The position numbers and the translations under genes are program-made. Shown one piece after another: positions 40,425 to 51,100 of a DNA stretch of 64,000 bases. Location of the stretch: the NCBI GenBank assembly GCA_002498385.1, contig DAHH01000019.1:1772-65771 (forward strand). The letters are read 5' to 3'. Source of the stretch: Methanobacterium sp. UBA410 (GTDB lineage Archaea; Methanobacteriota; Methanobacteria; Methanobacteriales; Methanobacteriaceae). The notes under the pieces were generated by a model. The model worked only from the letters and a program-made list of their open reading frames with translations, was not told where the DNA came from and did no database searches. How positions within the stretch are numbered: position 1 is the first letter of the stretch; each line of letters starts with the position of its first letter.

Positions 40425-43400
40425 GTGAAAAGTACGAAAAAACAAGCGACTTTAATGATATTTAGTTTAATTTGTGCACTGGCACTTTGTGGTAGTGCTT
40501 CTGCTGCTGATGTTGCTTTAAATACCACACACAATGGCACAGTTTCAGGTGATCTTTATGTGAACGCTACGCAGCCTGTGGCTTGGGGTAATCAGGCTAG
40601 TGGTGTAAATAGTCGAGAATTTAATCAGACTTTTAATCTGCCTACAAATGGAACAAATATCCAATGGGCAGAGGTATATGTGAATATTTACTCGGGAACT
40701 GCAAGTGCTAACTGGCCTTCCAATGCCACCATCATGTTGGATGGTGATGGTGATGGAGTTTATGAGACTACACTTGGCAATGAACTACTTGACAGTGGTA
40801 CTAAACATTCCATGGATGGGGTACAGTACTGGATTAATGGGCACTGTTTCAGAGTTGCCTCAGACTACCAGCTGTGTTACAACGTCACAGGACTAATAAC
40901 CTGCAACAACCCTTCCATCTATGTGAAAACCGAAAAAGTAGGCACATCTTCCTATGATGGCCGGTTGAAGATGATTGCACTGGTTGCAGCCTACAACGAC
41001 GGAGACAATGACAAAGTGGATTACTGGGTGAATGATGGACAGGACTGGATAAGCAGCGGTACATCACAGACCACCTTTAAAACCAGCACAGTAACCAGCA
41101 CAGTAACCAATGCCACACTCAATACCGTAGCTCTTTCCAGTGCAGATGGAAGCTACATATTTAACGGTGAAAAACACAACGGAACAAACTCAGTAAACCC
41201 AGTGAATTACTTCGAGACTCATACATGGAATGTCACCAGCCAGATCACTCCGGGAAATGACAGTACATTAACTTACAGAGCTGGAAACGGATCTTTTAAA
41301 AACGTTCTGGCTACACTCACGCTACGTGAAAAACCAGTAGCTCCAAAAGCTAATTTCACAGCAAACGCAACTTCAGGCAATGATCCATTAGGAATAACAT
41401 TTACTGATGAATCCACAGGAACTATAACAGGATACAACTGGGATTTTGGTGATAACAGCACATCAACTGATGAAAACCCAAAACACACCTACACCAAAGC
41501 AGGTACCTACACTGTAAAACTTATGGTAACAGGACCTGGCGGTAATGACACCAAGGTGATGAATAACTACATTACAGTTCTATCCCAGTGTGATCTTCAG
41601 GTTACTGAAGTAACAATCCCTGTAAATGGACCAACTGTTTTCCCAGGTGAAACAAACAACGTGACAGTTACCATCAAAAACAATGGTCCTGATGCTTCTC
41701 AGGCCACTACGGTGAATCTTTACGCCAGCGACGTTACTTCTGGCCCGGTAGCCTCAGCAAACGTGCCAGCACTGGCATCTGGAGCACAAACAACCGTATT
41801 ATTAACTGATCCAACGATCCGTCCCATAACCGCAAACACCACCTACGGAAACAGCAATGCAAGTTATGTGACCTACACTGCAAATGTGGACCCTCTTAAC
41901 ACTGTACCTGAATCCAATGAAAACAACAATCAGCTGGCCAGTACAGCATGCCCAGTTTACTACAACGGCTACAAGGGTAAACAGTACGAGTACGGTGGAG
42001 ATGATTCAACCCAGCGCAGCTACGATCTGCGCGGAGATCTTGTCTATTCAATTGGAGACTCGACCTACGGTAGTAAAAAGGCTGGTTATACTGTAAAATG
42101 GAACTCGACAGATCTTACAATTCCTGCAGGTGCAACTATCAAGGAAGCATGGTTGTACATGGCATATTCCTGGGACAGCACCAATCTCTTCCCAGGCAAC
42201 ATGCAGATAACCTTTGATGGTCAGAATGTTTCCTACGTTAAATGGTACTACGATCTTAGTAACTTCGGTAGTTGGGGTAGTGGTGTTTATGGAATGTTAA
42301 CGTACAACGTAACTTCACTCTTCCAACCAAACTCTGAAAATAATGTTACAATTTTTAACAGTACAGTCAGTGCAACTTTGTATCCATTCACGTTAATGGT
42401 GATCTACGAGGATTCAAGTTCTACTGAGAAACAGATATTCATAAATGATGGATACGATCTTTTAGGTGTGGATGAGCGTTATGGAACAACAATTAATGAA
42501 GCAACAGCTTATACTCAATTTAATGGAACAATAAAAGATATTTCAAATGTTAAGAGTGCAAAACTCATAACATCTACATCAGCCACTGGTCAGGGTGAAG
42601 GTAACCTGCTTTTTAATGGTAATACACTTGGACTAAATGTCTGGAACGCAACAAGTACATACTGGTATGCTATTGATGTGCACGATGTGAAGGATTACCT
42701 CAACACATCCAACAACACGGTAGGTATCCAGGAAACAGATTCATGCTTAGGTGCAAATCAACAATTTTTAGTTTTAGAATACAATGAACCGGTACCAGTT
42801 GCAAATTTCACATCCAACACAACCAATGGAACAGTACCACTTGATGTGCAGTTTACTGATAATTCTACAGGTTACATAACATCATATGCCTGGGACTTTG
42901 ATGGTGATGGAACTGTTGATAGTACAGCTCAAAATCCAAGTTATACCTATACCAAATCGGGTAATTACACTGTAACAGAGACTGTAACAGGACCAGGTGG
43001 TAGTAACAGTACAACTAGTATCGTAACAGTTAACGCTCCTGATCTCGTCGTGACAAATGTTACAGCTAACAACGGCACCGGTGGCTGCATGTTCGCCAAC
43101 GAGCCTAACGTGATCTATGTAACAGTTGAAAACAATGGAACTGCAGCAACTCCAGAGTCCACACTCAACGTGAACATAAATGGAACGGATTACACTGTGA
43201 ACGTTCCTGCTTTAGCTGTGGGTGAATCCACAACTGTAACTGTAACAGATCCAGTTTCACGAAAAGATGGTGACAGCGTACCTATAAATGCTACAACCAA
43301 TCCAAACAATACCATACCAGAAACCAACACGTCCAACAACAGCTTCTCAACCAATTTAACAGTTTACAACAACGGATACAAAGGTAAAAGATGCACTGAC

Positions 43401-45023
43401 GGCAGTGACATAGACACCCAGAACACGTTCCAGGGTAACTACGATGTGGAGTACTCCAGTGGTAATTCAGCCTATTCTGGTAGTAACTGGACATCAAATA
43501 ATGTCACATGGACTTCAAGTCAGCTGCCAATACCTGAAGGAGCTACTGTAACCCAGGTCAGACTTTACCAGCCCTACACGTGGGATAAAACAAGTGGTCA
43601 GCCACATTTGAATGTTATTTTCAACGGTGGAAATGTTGTGAATTATATCGGTTGGTACACTGACAGTAAAGGATTTGGAAGCTCTAATTACCCATCAGGA
43701 CTTTTCGTCTACGATGTGACGAGCTTATTCAACACTGCAGGCAACACTCTCAACATGACACCCGGAACTGGTACAAATCTAATACTCTACGGCAGCTACC
43801 TAGTAGTGGTTTACCAGGACCCAAACACAACCAATAAAACCATTATTATCAATGACGGCTGCGACCTGCTCTGTTCAAACCCAGCATATTCTGTTAACGA
43901 CACTGAAGCAACAGCATACGCTAACTTCCAGAACGTTAGCACGAATAAAGCTATAAATGCCAAACTCATTGACGTGCTTGCTTCAGCAAATGGAGATGAT
44001 GGTAATGGAGCAAACCAAGCATTCTTCAACGGCAGCGTTGTAGGTTCATTCAATTCAGACTACCTGAAAGATCCAGAGATAGGTTTCAGTCTTTTCAACA
44101 TAACAAGCCTGCTCCAGAATGGTACCAACACTGCAGCTATGCAGAGCCACAACAACGCCACCAAAGGTGACAACATGGTAGCTTTAAGCAGTTTACTGGT
44201 TATTGAGTACGATACTGTGGCTCCTACGGTGAGTGCAGATATTAAAGGTGGTTCTTTTAATGCTTCGCAGAGTGTTAATTTAACGGCTTTGGATGATCAG
44301 GATTCTAATCCAACGATTTATTACACAACTGATGGTAGTGACCCAACAACGAGCAGTGCTAAGTATACTGGTTCTATCAGTGTTGCTAAGACTACCACGT
44401 TGAAGTTCATGGCGGTTGATGCTGCTGGTAATCATTCAAACATCTGTAATGAGACCTACGCGATTCCTGATGCGGATGTTTATGTGAATTCTTCGGTAAG
44501 CGAGACCAATCCAAAGGTTGGTGACACAGTTACTGTGACGCTTAAGGTTGGAAACAATGGTCCTGACACAGCTCATGGCGTTGTTGTAACCTACACAGTG
44601 CCTGAGGGAATGGAATTTGTTGGTGCAATCACTGACACGCCAGGTGCCTCAGCACCAGTCTACAACGCAACCACAAGAACTGTTACCTGGAATATTGGTG
44701 ATGTACCAGTTGGAGATCCTAAACTCTTCGTAACCTTGAAGGTTTTAACTGCTGGTAAACTTGCAGGTAATGCTCTTGTAACCTCAACATCCCACGATCC
44801 AGTTTCAACTGATGATACAGGATCCTTAACTGTTGAAGCAGTGGATGTGCAGTCCGGAACAGGACAATCAACAGCGGGACAAGAAAGTAGTTCTGTTGCA
44901 AACGCAGCAGAAGTTACAACCACCAGTAAGGTACCGATGCAGCCAACAGGAATCCCATTAGCAGGATTTGTCTTAGCTGCTCTCTCCATATTCAGTGGAC
45001 TGTTAGTTCCAAGAAGAAAATAA
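40425..45023 (+). CDS. large secreted cell-surface protein: [DUF3344-like / PKD / CARDB] x2 + DUF3344-like + chitobiase-C-like Ig + DUF11, with an LPXTG-like C-terminal anchor
   Basis: Signal peptide 'LMIFSLICALALCGSASAADV'. PKD 'ITFTDESTGTITGYNWDFGDNSTS...HTYTKAGTYTVKL' (approx. 41343-41585 and 42792-43035). CARDB 'DLQVTEV...VTVTIKNNGPDAS' (approx. 41592-41940 and 43035-43360). DUF11-like 'VGDTVTVTLKVGNNGPDTAHGVVVTYTVPEGMEFV'. The start is uncertain because the GTG is embedded in GGAGGTG. Confidence 0.8.
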   Translation: MKSTKKQATLMIFSLICALALCGSASAADVALNTTHNGTVSGDLYVNATQPVAWGNQASGVNSREFNQTFNLPTNGTNIQWAEVYVNIYSGTASANWPSNATIMLDGDGDGVYETTLGNELLDSGTKHSMDGVQYWINGHCFRVASDYQLCYNVTGLITCNNPSIYVKTEKVGTSSYDGRLKMIALVAAYNDGDNDKVDYWVNDGQDWISSGTSQTTFKTSTVTSTVTNATLNTVALSSADGSYIFNGEKHNGTNSVNPVNYFETHTWNVTSQITPGNDSTLTYRAGNGSFKNVLATLTLREKPVAPKANFTANATSGNDPLGITFTDESTGTITGYNWDFGDNSTSTDENPKHTYTKAGTYTVKLMVTGPGGNDTKVMNNYITVLSQCDLQVTEVTIPVNGPTVFPGETNNVTVTIKNNGPDASQATTVNLYASDVTSGPVASANVPALASGAQTTVLLTDPTIRPITANTTYGNSNASYVTYTANVDPLNTVPESNENNNQLASTACPVYYNGYKGKQYEYGGDDSTQRSYDLRGDLVYSIGDSTYGSKKAGYTVKWNSTDLTIPAGATIKEAWLYMAYSWDSTNLFPGNMQITFDGQNVSYVKWYYDLSNFGSWGSGVYGMLTYNVTSLFQPNSENNVTIFNSTVSATLYPFTLMVIYEDSSSTEKQIFINDGYDLLGVDERYGTTINEATAYTQFNGTIKDISNVKSAKLITSTSATGQGEGNLLFNGNTLGLNVWNATSTYWYAIDVHDVKDYLNTSNNTVGIQETDSCLGANQQFLVLEYNEPVPVANFTSNTTNGTVPLDVQFTDNSTGYITSYAWDFDGDGTVDSTAQNPSYTYTKSGNYTVTETVTGPGGSNSTTSIVTVNAPDLVVTNVTANNGTGGCMFANEPNVIYVTVENNGTAATPESTLNVNINGTDYTVNVPALAVGESTTVTVTDPVSRKDGDSVPINATTNPNNTIPETNTSNNSFSTNLTVYNNGYKGKRCTDGSDIDTQNTFQGNYDVEYSSGNSAYSGSNWTSNNVTWTSSQLPIPEGATVTQVRLYQPYTWDKTSGQPHLNVIFNGGNVVNYIGWYTDSKGFGSSNYPSGLFVYDVTSLFNTAGNTLNMTPGTGTNLILYGSYLVVVYQDPNTTNKTIIINDGCDLLCSNPAYSVNDTEATAYANFQNVSTNKAINAKLIDVLASANGDDGNGANQAFFNGSVVGSFNSDYLKDPEIGFSLFNITSLLQNGTNTAAMQSHNNATKGDNMVALSSLLVIEYDTVAPTVSADIKGGSFNASQSVNLTALDDQDSNPTIYYTTDGSDPTTSSAKYTGSISVAKTTTLKFMAVDAAGNHSNICNETYAIPDADVYVNSSVSETNPKVGDTVTVTLKVGNNGPDTAHGVVVTYTVPEGMEFVGAITDTPGASAPVYNATTRTVTWNIGDVPVGDPKLFVTLKVLTAGKLAGNALVTSTSHDPVSTDDTGSLTVEAVDVQSGTGQSTAGQESSSVANAAEVTTTSKVPMQPTGIPLAGFVLAALSIFSGLLVPRRK

Positions 45024-45121
45024 ACCCATTTTCCCTTTTTTATTTTTTTAAGGTCTGAATTTAACTTTAAGCTTAAACTTACTTTTAATCCTGTAATGAT
45101 ACTTTAATTAATCTTATTTCA

Positions 45122-48100
45122 GTGGAGGCACATAAATTGGCGAATAAAAAAGTCAAAATAAATATTTTCATGCTACTCTTCTTAACACTGTTTTCTTTAA
45201 CAATCTGTGGCACCGCCTCTGCAGACAGTAGTGTGGGAGGTCAGCCCGTTGTCACAGTTTTAAACGGCACTGTGAGCGGTGGTCTCTACAATGATTCTTA
45301 TTATGGTATCAATGGCTCAGAAGATCACCAGAACGTAACTTACAATTTCAAGGATCTTCCAAGTAACGCCCAGGTTCAAAATGCCACACTTTATGTAGCT
45401 GTTTACTCTGGAAACATGCAGAGTGATCATATAACCTGTGCAAACGTTACTTTCAATGGTAAACAGATTGACAGCCAGACTTTAGACACCCACTATAATT
45501 CTCCAAGTAGCGGTGGCAACGATAACACCGCTTACGGTGGAACAAGAAGGGATCCCTACCTTATAGTAAACAACCACACTGTAAGGGTTACCAGTGATTA
45601 CATCATGTGTTATGATGTCACAAGCCTCGTAAAACAAAAAAACATGGCTTACGTTGACACGGTCGGTTCCTACGATGGTGGAATAAAGCTCATAACTTTA
45701 ATTGTGGCTTACAATGATGGGGACTCGGATAAAATAGCCTACTGGGTAAACTTTGGCCAGGACGTTTGTGACTCTAATGACTCTGGAAATACAACGTTCG
45801 GTGGATTGCCTGTGGATGATACAGTAAACAGCGCAATTTTAAAGGTTATACACCTGGCAAGTGCTGATGGTATATATCACTTTAACAGTGCTCACGACAG
45901 TATGGACAACATCCTTTCCAACAGCAGTCCAGTTGGAAGTTACAGTGGATCAGATACATGGGATGTTACAAGCATGTACAAAAAGGGCACTGAAAACACC
46001 TTAATTTACCATAGAAGTCTCGCATATTACAAACTGGTACTGGCCCTTCTAACAGTAAACTACACAGAACCAGCGGTTAAATTACCAGATTTACAGGTTA
46101 GCAACATTATATGCAACCCAGATGCAATCAAACTTTCAGGTAACCTTTTTTCTGACAGTTCCAACACCATAAAAGCCACGGTTAAGAATTTAGGCAGTCT
46201 TGATGCAGGTCAGTTCAAAATGGTCCTTAAGGTTGGTAACTACATAGAAACAAAGGTGATAAAAGGCCTGGCATCCGGTGCAAGCACAATTGTTTCATTT
46301 ACAGGGTTTTTGCCCATCACAAATGGGCTTGTTACACTGGATGTAACTGCAGACAGTGATGGGCAGATTACAGAGGCCAATGAAACCAACAACATGGCTG
46401 CCAAATCTGTGAACGTTGTTACAAGCATTCTTCCTGATCTTGTACCTGTGAGTATCAGCGTTCCAAGTGACCTGAAAGTAGACACGGCCTATCCTGTTAC
46501 TGTTACAGTTGTAAATGAGGGTGTTAAATCTTCAGGTAAAACAAGAGTTATCCTATGGGCAACAAATATCAAAACTGGAGATAAGGTTGAAGTTGGAAGT
46601 ATGGATCTGGACTCTCTACCTGTTAATGGAACGAAGGTTTTAACGTTCAGCTGGACACCAAAGCTCTACACAACCTACAACCTGACTGCAGAAGTTGACC
46701 CCGATGGATCCATAGAAGAACTGGATGAAACAAACAACAAAAAAGTGGATGTAGAATACGTAAAAGAACCAGGTTCCACCATGATCTTCCTCACCAGTGA
46801 CAATAATGGAGTTAACATCCTGGACTCTGCAGCACGGGAGGTACTTAAACAGTATCCAAAAATTGATTTCAAGATAAGGACTGGAACAGAGATATCAAAC
46901 ATGGACACAAGTGAGTTAAGGACATACCTCTTAAATTGTGATATCTTTATAGGTACGTGGGTAACTACAGAAGCTTACGAAGCAATAAATGCAACTTTAA
47001 CGGCTTATCCAGATCTTATCAATGTAATTGCAGGTAAAAAAGTATTTTTGGTGCTGGAACCTCCAGCATCAACAGTTTCAAATGCAATAAACTTCATGAA
47101 CTACTCTGTTATTGATGGAGTTAAACTGCTTGGAAACTTCACATCTGATGATTTAACTGCTTACTACCAGAACACTGAGAGGGGTACTGATTACAATCAG
47201 GTTTTAAAGTACGTTGAATCTGGAACTCTTGCAACCCTCATCAAGAGTTATGAGGGAGCAAGCAGTGATGTTAAAACCAGCATAGTTTCCCAGGTAAAAT
47301 CCATTATAAACATCTTCAACATAGGTTCGAACATCCAGAACTTAACTGGAGATAATCTGATAAATGCAGTGAAAGCTTACCTATCACTGGTAACCTTAAC
47401 CACCAGTTATTCCAGTGCAGGTACAGATGAAAGAAACAAAATAGCTGCCAAGATCCAGGAACTCATAAAAAACTACAACTTCAACTCCTTCACTGATGAA
47501 ATGAATGCATGTGTTGCCCTTGAAACATTGGTGGACAACTATCAAAACGCATCAACGGACGAGGATAAAACCAAGATAGTTTCACGGCTTGAAAACATCA
47601 TTAAAGATATAACAGCTTACACAGCTGCAACCAGTGATTCTGATAGGGCAAACATTCTCCATGACTTTAAAAGTCTTATTGGCAGTACAGGAACAGATGC
47701 AGATGCAGTTACAATGATGGTTCAGGTGAGAAGCATCCTTGAAGACGTAACTGGCATGAAACTTGAGAACTTAACTGCTGATGAGAACCTAACAGGCAAC
47801 GTCACTGCAATCCTGAAGTACAGGGGAGTTTTCAATGACTACTTGATCGGCGCAGTCAGCAAATACACTGGAAGCACTGTTGTCACGGATTTAGACCTTC
47901 CAGACCTATTTGATAAGGCAGTGCTCTACAAAGATCTGAACGATGCTTCACGTGCAAAGGACATGATACTGTGGGCTTTAAGCCTTGATGGTTTTGTTAC
48001 AACCTACAACGAGCCGCCAAGTTTCTCAAGCACACCCTCCTATGGAATCTATAGAAATAAATGGTACTCTTACGTTGACAGTGACGGCGTGTGGCACACT

Positions 48101-51100
48101 GGACTTGAAGAATATGAAAAAGAATACTTCAAATCAGGACAGCCATGTGTGGGACTCCTTGAAAGTACAATGTACGTTACGGGTAATGGATTACAGCCTT
48201 ACTATGCCATAATAGCAGCTCTTGAAGCAAAAGGAATAAATGTAATACCCATTGTTGCATACGGTGGAACAGCTGCTCAACTTGAAGCAATGCTTGAAAT
48301 ATTCACCAACGCAACGAGTTATGATAAATTCATTCTTAACCCCTCGGCCTACAAAGTTAATCTAGATGCTGTTGTTGACATGGTTGCATATGGTCTTGGA
48401 GGAACTGATTTCTCCGAGATAATTCCATTCTTCAATGCTTTGAACGTGGAAGTTGTGGCTGCAGTTCATTCGGATTTCGAAACGAATGCTCAGTATGCAC
48501 TGGGCACCAGTGGATTAAATGCTTTAACAGGTGACAAGTGGTGGCACATTGCAATTTTGGAAGATCAGGGGATAGTGGATCCCATATTTGTTGGAGGTAA
48601 AGCAGAGACTGTAGACCCTCTTACAGGAACAACAATCAGTAGCTACGTTCCATATGAACAAAATATAGAACTTCTGGCAAATAAAATAAGTAGCTGGACA
48701 GCTCTAAAATACCTCTCAAATGCAGCAAAGAAGGTAGCCTTAATATACTACAACTACCCTCCAGGAAAACAGAACATTGCAGCAAGCTACCTGGATCCTG
48801 TGCAGAGCATATTGAACCTTTTAAATGTGCTGAAACAGAACGGGTACAATGTACAAAACATTCCGTCCAATGCGGCCCTTCTCCTGGATGAGATGATGGC
48901 GCAGGGAACCAACATAGCTTCCTGGGCACAGGGTCTTGTGGAAATCTTAGCCAACAACAACGGATCCCTCTTGGATGAATTAAAGGCCTACCAGGAGAAT
49001 GACACCTACAAGGTAGACCTGACCAAGCTGGATAAAACTGAACTGGAAAAACTCGCCAACACACCAGGAGTTATACTGTACTCTGCAGATGACTTCATGA
49101 AATGGTTCAACCAGCTCGACGACCTTGTGAAGCTGGATATTACAGAGGGACCCGTTGCCTACATAGGCGAACTCTGTAAAAGGGCAGTTGCACTGGGTTA
49201 TGTAGATAACATGGACAGCGTTATAGACAGCTGGTACTCCCAGATGGTCTCACTGCTTCCAGACAATCAAACAAACGTGGCATTACCAATATTGACAAAT
49301 TTAATCAGTGAACTCAAGGTTTACGTGGATTATAACAGTACAGCTGCATACAACAAATATTTGAACTACAAAAAAGAGTTTTTAGCCATTGAAATAAAGG
49401 GAATGTCTGGATGGGGAGATTTCCCCGGAAATGTAATGACAGTTGTGAAGAATGGAATCAAGTACTTTGTTTTACCAGGCATACAGTTTGGAAATGTGCT
49501 TATAGCGCCAGAACCGCAACGTGGATGGGAAGGAAATGCTGAACAACTTTACCACAACAGTGTTGTACCTCCAGATTACCAGTACCTTGCATTTTATGCT
49601 TACCTGCAGCAGCAGGGGTATAATGCAATGGTCTTCGTAGGAAGACACGCAACCCATGAGTGGCTACCAGGTAAGGAGGTGCTTGAAGATGCAGATGATT
49701 TCACATCCATAGTCACAGGAAACGTGCCACAGATATACTTCTACATAGTTGACGGTGTGGCAGAAGGAATAACAGCTAAAAGAAGGGGATCTGCAGTCAT
49801 AATAGATCATCTAACCCCACCAATGGGATTCACCAGCCTTTATGGAGGTATGTCAGATCTTGAAAGCCTGGTTGAGGATTATGATGGTGCAGATGATGCT
49901 GGAAAGGCTTCTATCATAATTAAAATCAAAGAGACAGTGAAAGACAACAACCTGGCGGCAGACATAGGCATCGACATAAATAACTTGAGCAGTGATAAAA
50001 TAATCAAGTTAATCAATGAGTACCTTGAAGCTGTGACAAACACGTTCTATCCATACGGTGTGGACGTTCTGGGCCAGAACTGGACGGATGATCAGATAGC
50101 TCTGCTTGTAACCTCCATGCTTTCTGTTCCATTCAATGTTGGCGGTGGAAACGAAACGAGTTTGCAGAATGAAATAGCCCTGTTAATGAGGGGAAAGACC
50201 TATGACTCGTTGAATGCTGCCGAACAGAATGCGGTGCAGGAGAAGTGTATTGAAGTTGTGAAGGAGCTCCTTCAAAGTGATGTTACAACAGTTGCAAATA
50301 AACTCACACCTAATCCCACGGAAAACCTGCAAACTGCCCTTAAAAAGGCTGTAACCTACTGCAATGAAATAAAGGAGAGCGTGAACAATGAGATAAACAG
50401 CTTCCTCAATGCGCTGAACGGGGGTTACATAACTCCAGGACCTGCAAACGATCCTATAAATAACCCTGAGGCCCTTCCTACTGGAAGAAATTTTTACCAG
50501 GATCAAGCAGCTGAGATACCCACTAAACAGGCTTACCAGAATGCAAAAGACCTTGTTCTCGCAACTTTGGAGGGTTCAGACCTTAAAGACACTGTGAAGA
50601 AGATCGTGGTTGGAATCTGGGATGTGGAAACAGCCAGGGACAATGGAGAACTCATCGCAATGATACTTTGCCTTCTTGGAATGGAGCCACAGTGGACAGA
50701 TTCACCAAGTGCAGGATCAGGCGGTGCAAAACTCAAAGAAATGCCCATCTATGATGAATTAAGCAGTCTGGTCAGGCCAGATGGTTGGGGGAAGAAAAGA
50801 ATAGATGTGGTGGTTGTAATCGACGGTAACTTCAGGGATCTTTACAGCAGACAGCTGGGACTACTGGATAAAGCGTTCAGAGTGGCTCTGGCAAGATCAT
50901 ACTACACCCTACTCAACAATGCAACCCTCCAATCCAAATATGGAGACAAGATGAAAACAGCTTTAGATGCTGTGCTTTTGGACATTGGATACTATGGTCT
51001 TGGCAGTGAGCCCCTTGACGATAATTACGTGGCATATGATTGGGTTGATGATTTCCAGTACTACATGGATGAGGGCATGAACTGCACAGAGGCAGGAGAA

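Noticed and set aside
40286-40540. 84-aa minus-strand ORF overlapping the start of the 1532-aa gene.
   Set aside because: It sits in AT-rich upstream DNA and runs antisense to the signal-peptide region. No RBS or motif.
48636-49064. 142-aa minus-strand ORF and several 60-110-aa ORFs inside the CobN genes (for example 50183-50506, 50913-51232, 54783-55082).
   Set aside because: They are embedded in uninterrupted ORFs of 1478-2394 codons with strong CobN motifs in the sense frame.
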